A stretch of DNA of 63,665 nucleotides, the filler included, from Craspedostauros australis (taxonomy: Eukaryota): the NCBI GenBank assembly GCA_030167865.1. It is 5 parts of 5 records of this genome, joined end to end, with 100 filler letters (N's around TTAATTAATTAA, not from the genome) between each part and the next. Parts side by side here need not be neighbours in the genome. Positions count along the whole stretch, not along the records: positions 56,651 to 63,665 come from JALAGF010005805.1; 4 more parts are not named here. One strand, 5' to 3'. Position numbers and translations under genes: made by a program. Positions 56,651 to 63,665 of this stretch are shown piece after piece (positions within the stretch are counted from its first letter, which is position 1; every line of letters begins with the position of its first letter). The notes below the pieces were generated by a model, which did not search any database, had not been told where the DNA came from, and worked only from the letters and a program-made list of their open reading frames with translations.

Positions 56651-57727
56651 AGAAGCATCAACTGTGCATGCAGGATGAGCCATGCACTTGTATTCTTGCA
56701 GACAGATGCCTTCACATATGTAGTCTCTTTTGGAAGTAGAGTGCCTGTCCATTTGTTGCTCAATCGTGTGTACTGGTGGTAGTACAGACAATTCGGTCAC
56801 CGGTCAATGGGGACATGAAGGGAAAATACCAATTTTCAGCAATTTTTCAGTGACATCATGGTATATTGCAACTTTGACTGTCCAGATCTCTCTCTTTTTG
56901 CAACTTGTGTGTGCCAATCAACGCATGATTCTTGTCTCTTCGTGTTGCTTTCTGTCCAAACAGCAGCCACCGCTCAAAAATACGAACGATAATGCCAAAA
57001 ATTGAGTACTTTGATACGTGATCTACTTGCGTTGTTGGCAACGAGGAGGAGCGTTGGTTTCTTGTGTGTGGCAATCCACTCTCTACTCTGAACACAACCA
57101 TTCAGAAACTCGTTGACAAGACCACCAATCGACACTGCCTCCTCCCTCCCTTCCAACTCAACTTCATCTGTGGAGCAATTGTGTAGCTCATGCAGCAGTG
57201 GGACCGAGAGTGAAAGAAGAAGCATGCCATGCCAAGAACCCAAGCCATGCCAACAAACAATCCTCAACAACAAATATACTTCAACACAACAGTCCCCCAC
57301 CCTCTCATACTCAACTGTGCCATACTTGGCATTCAACAAACACCCATCCATCCATCCATCCATCCCTGTCACACCAATGTGCCTGTAGAGATATCATTGA
57401 CACCTGTGTTGAGATGTACATTCGTGTATGTGCATCGTTCACCCGTTATTCTCTCATACGCACTTGGACGGTACAACTACATTCGTGTCAATAGTATGAT
57501 GTGATTCGTCAGAATTACAGTGGAAATGGAACACACGAAAATGAGCAAGATTTCTGGAGGAAATTTGCAATCGATGATTTCTGAGAGAATTAGAAATCTC
57601 GTCCGTCCATCCATCAATGGTACCAAGAGAATCTCGAGGTACTTCCCAACTAAACCTCAGATGACGATATCATCTGNNNNNNNNNNNNNNNNNNNNNNNN
57701 NNNNNNNNNNNNNNNNNNNNNNNNNNC

Positions 57728-59460
57728 TGACGTCGACAGGATGTCATCATGTCACCACGTCGACATCTGTCTCCAAGTCAGAACAGGAGGCAAAGATCCG
57801 ATGACCGAAGAGGATCAGCATCATGGATACAGAAGGTGAACTTCAAATGGTAAGTACTCATGGAGTAGGAACCAGTAGTGAATGTACGGAGTGTGGAATG
57901 CGGAGTACGCATCAAACACGGAGTATCGTGTAGCACGAGCACACGATGTTGAGAGAGAGAGAGAGAGAATACAGAGAGGAGCGAGAGAGCATCTCGCGTA
58001 CCGACTCATAGTCAGAGACCAAATCTACGAAACAGATTGAAGCGCCAAGAGCATCGGGCAAGAGAACGGGTGTACACCGAGCGGATTGGAGTAGCCAAGT
58101 AATGAAATAGCAAATGAATGACTATCAACCAACACCACCTTCCACGATTGTAGGCTTCCAATCATGGAACTTGCCAACAATGGTGTCCACAGAGCTGATG
58201 GGGCTGTGTCTTTGTGGGACGTTTGAGTGAAGGAGGAGCAGCGTGATGGCGATTATCATCCAGGCATTAGTAGCCGTGACGTACCACCCGTGCTCGACTC
58301 CGAGGATGTAGACTTGAAAGGTCACGAAAGAAAGGAAGGATCCAATCACACAGCTGAGGTAGTTGAAGAAGGTGAAGAGGTTCCAAACAAATGACCACCA
58401 TTCCTTCTCGTTTTGGCTTGTGGTGGCTGTGAAGCAGGTCCAAGCGGCCATGTCGACGACTAGGTGATTGGGCTTGGCGTTGTTGTTGCCTTTACCTTTC
58501 GGCTTGAAGTTGTCTTGATGACTCTCGGTGTTATGTGAAAGACGCCAGCAACGACACTTCGCGCACCACATGAACGTTTTGTCATAGACAAGCTTGCGCT
58601 GCGGCTCACCCGCCTTGGGTGGCGTGGATGCCCAGCCTTGGTTCGGTTTTTGATTGTTGTTGTTGTTGGTGGACTTCCTTGGTTGATTCTTCTTCTTCAC
58701 GTTGTTCCTTCCAAAGCCTTTGTGTTGCTCGAGGATGTTGGCTTTTGGATGCTTGGCTACATTGTTGAAGTACGTTTGCCTGGGGATGTTGCAGTCCTTG
58801 ACACGTCTAATGGCGTGCCAGCGGTCTCCGCGTACTTCGTTGTCGTACGAAGACTGCACTTTGTTGCAGATTGCCATCCAGGTGAGGTCCTTGGCTGCGA
58901 GCTTTGGAAGAGCGTGTTGGTATGTGAATACGGGGAGACGCTTGAGGATTTCCTCAAGGTCATCCTTTGTCGGAATGTGTGTACTCGGATGTATATGCAT
59001 CAGTCACACTTGCGCGCCATCATCCAGAATATTTGGTGGCGGAATCACGACACAAAACTATGACGTCACAGGAATACCATCGCTGTACCACGAGGATACT
59101 GCGATACTACGACGACAGGATACCGCAATACCAGCGGATACCACAGTATTCACCACACGTGACGTCACATCAAGACCTTAACTACCAGGTCTACAGGAAT
59201 GAAATATGTTGTGAATATTCCATCAGATTCGATCAATCATCAGATTCAACAAAACCTGAGAACGGAACAACAACGAGACAACGAGAGAGAAACAACAATG
59301 TTGACGATCAAGTCAACATCAACGAGCAACATGAGAGCAATGTGCATGGAGGTGCAAGAGGATTGCACCAAGCAATGAGAGCAAGGAAGAGATGGATCAA
59401 GAGAACATCTTGATCATCTCATTCTCCACGCTCGCTCATCAACAATCAATAGCAACAACA
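57728..59460 (-). mobile_element. Internally deleted LTR-element remnant carrying a Copia gag C-terminal fragment (ORF 58125-59000); limits approximate
   Basis: PKAGEPQRKLVYDKTFMWCAKCRCWRLSHNTESH is a CCHH motif of the kind seen in diatom Copia Gag. Purine-rich GGAAGGTGG is followed by TGTTGG at 58134. Confidence 0.55.
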
Positions 59461-59526
59461 GTAACAGTAACAGTAACAGTAACAGTAACAGTAACAGTAA
59501 CAGTAACAGTAACAGTAACAGTAACA
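59461..59526. repeat. Microsatellite (GTAACA)x11
   Basis: Perfect hexamer array. Confidence 0.97.
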
Positions 59527-60638
59527 GAAACACTTTGAGAAAGAGTGTTGACTACTACTGATTCTCTGTGCGCGGAGCCTTCCAACACATGATTGATGCT
59601 GGAGAGGCTTGGGTCCTTCAGGTCTGCAGGGACGGTCTTGAAGGCTTGGGTCCTGTCTCCTGGGCTCCTCTTGGGAGGTGGCCGATTGGAGAGCTGGAGG
59701 CGGTTGGTGACAGGTATCTTGTAGAGGTCTAAGAACTTGACAATCTTTTGCGACTGTTAATCTAATAGAGCCCAAACGTAATGACTGTTGTCTTGTTGGC
59801 TGTTGTTGGCTGTAGGGCAGAGGCTTGATTGACAAGTGGGTCCGAACGAGAGTCTTCTGTTCCACAAGTAGTCAATTGAGAATACTGGTAAATGGTGAAG
59901 AAACGTGCGGATTTTGAGTGTTGTTGCTATTGATCTTCTCCATGGGGTGGATCTCCAATGTTGCCCTAAAGGATCTGCTGTATGGGTCACGTAGCTTGAG
60001 TACTGCGGATGGGGTCCGTTCACCAAGTTGGTTGCGAGGTGATGGACGCTGGCATGTGTTCCATGGGTTGTCATCCTCACCATGTTTGCTTGTATTCGTG
60101 CGTTGGTGTTTTGGCAATGTGATGGGATTGGTGACTTGGTTATCGGAACCCTTCAACATGTCTGACACAGGTCGCCAAAGATCTGCTTCAATGATCCGGA
60201 TCAGTTCCCAAACGTGGGTTCGGATGAGGCGCGCAATCGATCTACTGGAATGCTGTTGAGTCGAGTGGTTCGTAGTGTCCTTCACTAAGGTAGATACTAG
60301 TTTAGCTCTATTTATCGTTGCTGCGGCAAGGGATCATCGGGGAGCGGCAGCGGTGGCGTTGTTTGGAGAGAACGGCGGATGTTGGTGTCGGACTGTCTGC
60401 AACAGTCGGCTTTCCATTGAAATCAGGGCCAAAATAATAAAAATGAGCACGATGACTGATCATCATGATGTCTATTTAGATATTCCCACTGTGCCGTACA
60501 AATGCTAGCACGACATGCATGCTGACGACAGCGCCACCCCACCATCAACGGCCGTCCTCGCACGAAGTGTAACACCCTCTGATCCGTTGCTATCGCCCAG
60601 ATTTTCCGGTGCTACCCTCTTCTTCAATTTCGCCTCCC

Positions 60639-63353
60639 TCAATCCATCCAACGATTAAGGTCTGCCATTGTAATCGTAGTGCCATACTTATCATGGCGTG
60701 CGTGCGGATTCCAAGTATCATCCAACATCGTCATGTACTCACTTAGCATGGGCGAACGATCGACCGGAAATGACACCAACAGCGGTTCATTAGGACCATG
60801 GATCGGTTGCTCAGCGGGACATGTCTCTTTGCGACTCATCACGCAATACCATCGATTCTTGCCAAATGGCAGGTCCAATGCATTTTCTGCCATTCTCAGC
60901 TTCTTTACGTATATCTCTGGCAGGTCTTCATCGCGTGCACAGAAGCAATTCTTGGCAATGGTGCAGATGGTGTACACTTGTAGGTCTTTGAGTTGACCAT
61001 TCGCATCTCGCTTGCCACCGACGAACGAAACGGATCCATCCATGAGATCGCTATCCTCTTGCACCACAGTGGTGAGCAGTGAGCAGAAAGAAATAGAAGG
61101 GATGTTGGAGCATGCAGCTCTGAGGCTGAGAAGCGAGCCCACTACTTCCTTATCGATCACCAAGGTATCTCCTGACCTTCGATCTGAATCATCTTCAACT
61201 TGAAGATCCTCCATATTTGTACAGGTTGTTGCTTCGCCAGGACTTATCAGGTACCTTGGCGGTTGATGCTCGGCGTCTTCAACGTTGCTTTCACTTTCAT
61301 ATCCATCGCTATCGTCTTCGTCGGCTCTTGATATTCGCATCGGGCATCTGTGGAAGTGTGTGGACTTCATCGCAAGATCGGAGACCGCCGACACCGGGAT
61401 TACTCCTCTGAGTCCATCCCACAACTCCTCTCCCTCGCTATCAGCGTGGTCGATCGACGTAGGTGAGACGTACATGTTGAGTGTGTCCATCAAGATCGAC
61501 TTGACGTCCTTCCGGACTTCTTGCGCAACGGTCATGGCTCCTCCGATGGCGCAGCTGATGAGCTGCGGGGCCAACGCTTCAAAAGCCAACGGCTGGATAT
61601 CAAAGCGGGTGCGTGGATGGTCCCATGTCTTTCCACGTTGCACCAACCAGATGCAGAGTAGCTCCATTGCCTTGTCAACTTGGAATGGTTGTGGTACCTG
61701 GATGGTGTACTCCTTGTTTGGGTCTGGCCCTAGTCCCCACATTATCTCCGATGACGGAAACCGGACCGGTGTCACCAGGCCAGAGTCTTCAACAAGGCGG
61801 CGCATTGGGATCGTGTTCTTCTCGAATGTAGCGAACTGGATACCATAATCCAAGCTGGTTACGACTCGAACAATCTCATCTACATGGCCGGTCATCGTGA
61901 ACTCGCGCTGGAAGAGGAGAGTGGCAAGTGTCTGCGACGCCATCTGGATGAGTGTTTCTGGGTCCTTCCGCAGCTCTTTCATGCTGCCACAACCCATGAA
62001 TTTCTGGAGGACATTCCAAACAATCGTTTCATGATCCCTTTGGTTCTTGAAGAGGAAAAATCTGTCGGATAGAAAATCCAGGAGGATGGACTGCATTCTC
62101 GGATTGGTCGCCATGGGACCAAAGAGAGGATGTTTGGCCACCTCATCGTACTCGGGGATGCGTGCTCTCTCTCCCCCTTCCTTGGGGTATTTCTGTCGCA
62201 GATACCCGTAGAGTTGTTTCTCCACCGCTAGTACGGTTGGTGTGTGACACTCATAGTGATAAGAGATAGATCCTATAGCGAAGTTGTGAACGCCTGCACC
62301 CGCAATGGAAAATGCCACCTTGAGGTTGGACTTCACTCCATCGTTGGGGAGCTCACCCTCGCATTCGTTCATGATGTATGCTCCAAGGACATCGCCAAAA
62401 ACCCTGTATTGGTGGATGATCGCTTGGACAAGGTTTGGGCACTTCGATGCGTTATCAATGCCGAGAATGACTGTGACATCGTCCTTGTCGTCGGGTTCAT
62501 GGTTCCAAAATGCGACGGAGCGTGAGATGGTGTTGATAACCTGCTTCGAGTATACAACACAGGCATCCAGAGATGCTTTGAGCTTGTTTCGGGCGAGAGT
62601 GTGCCGTTCCTGGATGTCTACCGATTCTTTGATATCACCATCGGCCTCAAGTAGGAACGCAATGGGCGCATCCCTCGAGAATGCACTCGCCGCGAGCTCG
62701 ATGGTCTTGCCAGTGCCGATTCCGGAATCGTAAAGTAGCACCTTATTCTGGTCACTCCATGGTTTTCGTTTCTTGATGAAGACTTGATCTGGAATCAGTG
62801 ATTCAACTCCTTTGTGCCACACCGAGATTGTCCCAACGTAGTATGAGTGGCCTCCAAATGCACTCTCACAATAAATTCTTTTGAGACCACTGTGCCGTCC
62901 ACATTTCTCGCCCAGCTCTTGGTGGAGCATGATGCCAAGGCGACCATAGAGCCTGTTTGGATTCTTTCCGCGAAGATAGCACCAAACTCGAACTGCCGCG
63001 GCCTCCCGATAGATCCAAGACCGGAGTGGATCATCCCAGTATTCTCCTGTGCTTTCGCGACGCTCAAGGTTGAACTCCTGTCGCAGGGTCGAATTGTATT
63101 GGTTGCGTTCGGTCGACGACGCCAAGAGGTTCGCGATTGTTCTGGTGTGCCACAGTCTCTCGTACACTACCTGCCACTCCTTCCATGCTCGTCCCCTGAT
63201 GTTCATCTGCGTCGCCAAGCGCTTGTTCAGCTCCGTCTTTCGTAGATCCTTCTTCCAGAAAGCGGCGTCATCAAAGACCGGTCCCCAATTGAGCTTATCA
63301 AACGACACTGGCGTGGTCGATGCTGTCGGAGCCGCGGTGGTGTTGGATTGCAT
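60639..63353 (-). CDS. 904-aa protein with a divergent P-loop NTPase region (Crinkler/RHS-like architecture possible)
   Basis: Intronless ORF with a Walker A-like VLLYDSGIGTGKT and a Walker B-like VILGIDN. Confidence 0.55.
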   Translation of the reverse strand: MQSNTTAAPTASTTPVSFDKLNWGPVFDDAAFWKKDLRKTELNKRLATQMNIRGRAWKEWQVVYERLWHTRTIANLLASSTERNQYNSTLRQEFNLERRESTGEYWDDPLRSWIYREAAAVRVWCYLRGKNPNRLYGRLGIMLHQELGEKCGRHSGLKRIYCESAFGGHSYYVGTISVWHKGVESLIPDQVFIKKRKPWSDQNKVLLYDSGIGTGKTIELAASAFSRDAPIAFLLEADGDIKESVDIQERHTLARNKLKASLDACVVYSKQVINTISRSVAFWNHEPDDKDDVTVILGIDNASKCPNLVQAIIHQYRVFGDVLGAYIMNECEGELPNDGVKSNLKVAFSIAGAGVHNFAIGSISYHYECHTPTVLAVEKQLYGYLRQKYPKEGGERARIPEYDEVAKHPLFGPMATNPRMQSILLDFLSDRFFLFKNQRDHETIVWNVLQKFMGCGSMKELRKDPETLIQMASQTLATLLFQREFTMTGHVDEIVRVVTSLDYGIQFATFEKNTIPMRRLVEDSGLVTPVRFPSSEIMWGLGPDPNKEYTIQVPQPFQVDKAMELLCIWLVQRGKTWDHPRTRFDIQPLAFEALAPQLISCAIGGAMTVAQEVRKDVKSILMDTLNMYVSPTSIDHADSEGEELWDGLRGVIPVSAVSDLAMKSTHFHRCPMRISRADEDDSDGYESESNVEDAEHQPPRYLISPGEATTCTNMEDLQVEDDSDRRSGDTLVIDKEVVGSLLSLRAACSNIPSISFCSLLTTVVQEDSDLMDGSVSFVGGKRDANGQLKDLQVYTICTIAKNCFCARDEDLPEIYVKKLRMAENALDLPFGKNRWYCVMSRKETCPAEQPIHGPNEPLLVSFPVDRSPMLSEYMTMLDDTWNPHARHDKYGTTITMADLNRWMD

Positions 63354-63665
63354 CGTGAGTTCTTGCGAGCAAGGCTATTGTTGCTGTTGCTGCTGCTGCT
63401 GCTCTTGATCCACTCTCCACCTGGGCTGCGCGTGTCTGTGCAATGTATCGGGTATCCAAGTTGCCTTTGAAGCCTCTTTATGATGCTTTCAGTTGCTCTC
63501 TGATATCTCCAACCAAAACCTGAGTGCCGTCGGTACTTTGCCGTCGCTTTGTGGTGCCTCAAATGCTGTGTTGCCTCCATGTCATCGCGTCGCCTCTGTC
63601 ACCGTTCCCTTGCCTTTCTTGCTCGTTCGTTCCACGCTCATGTTCATGTTCACGAGATCTTCCAC

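Noticed and set aside
59461..59526. Telomeric repeat or Cys-Tyr repeat protein
   Set aside because: It is internal and not TTAGGG-like. The CYCY translation is a by-product of the microsatellite.

Overview
Eukaryotic nuclear DNA, most likely from a diatom. This is inferred from ASAFAP-type bipartite plastid presequences, short GT-AG introns, diatom-style LRR, ankyrin and sulfotransferase families, and CoDi-like Copia elements. The window is not contiguous: four N-flanked TTAATTAATTAA linkers (stops in all six frames; 20081, 48706, 51649, 56595) join five separate scaffolds. Scaffold 1 (1-20036) holds a decayed repeat-like region ending in nested palindromes, an LRR-like gene, a coiled-coil gene, a short C1-domain ORF and a folate/biopterin transporter. 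It also holds the most notable gene, an intronless 1566-aa fatty acyl-AMP ligase + carrier domain + membrane-embedded Pls/TIGR02353-like NRPS-type enzyme. Scaffold 2 (20137-48661) holds a 20/40-bp minisatellite, two tandem sulfotransferases, and an SPX gene with repeated GAATCT motifs in both promoter and intron. It continues with a RusA-like resolvase with a putative plastid presequence, an ankyrin protein, a sulfatase, a SpoU methylase, a secreted Lys/Ser-rich mucin-like protein, an EF-hand/DUF760 protein, DUF2997, DnaJ, a bestrophin and EF-1alpha (cut by a gap). Scaffolds 3 and 4 are Copia gag-protease and pol fragments. Scaffold 5 has transposon remnants, a (GTAACA)11 repeat and a 904-aa P-loop/Crinkler-like ORF. 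All family calls come from motif recognition by eye; no database search was run.
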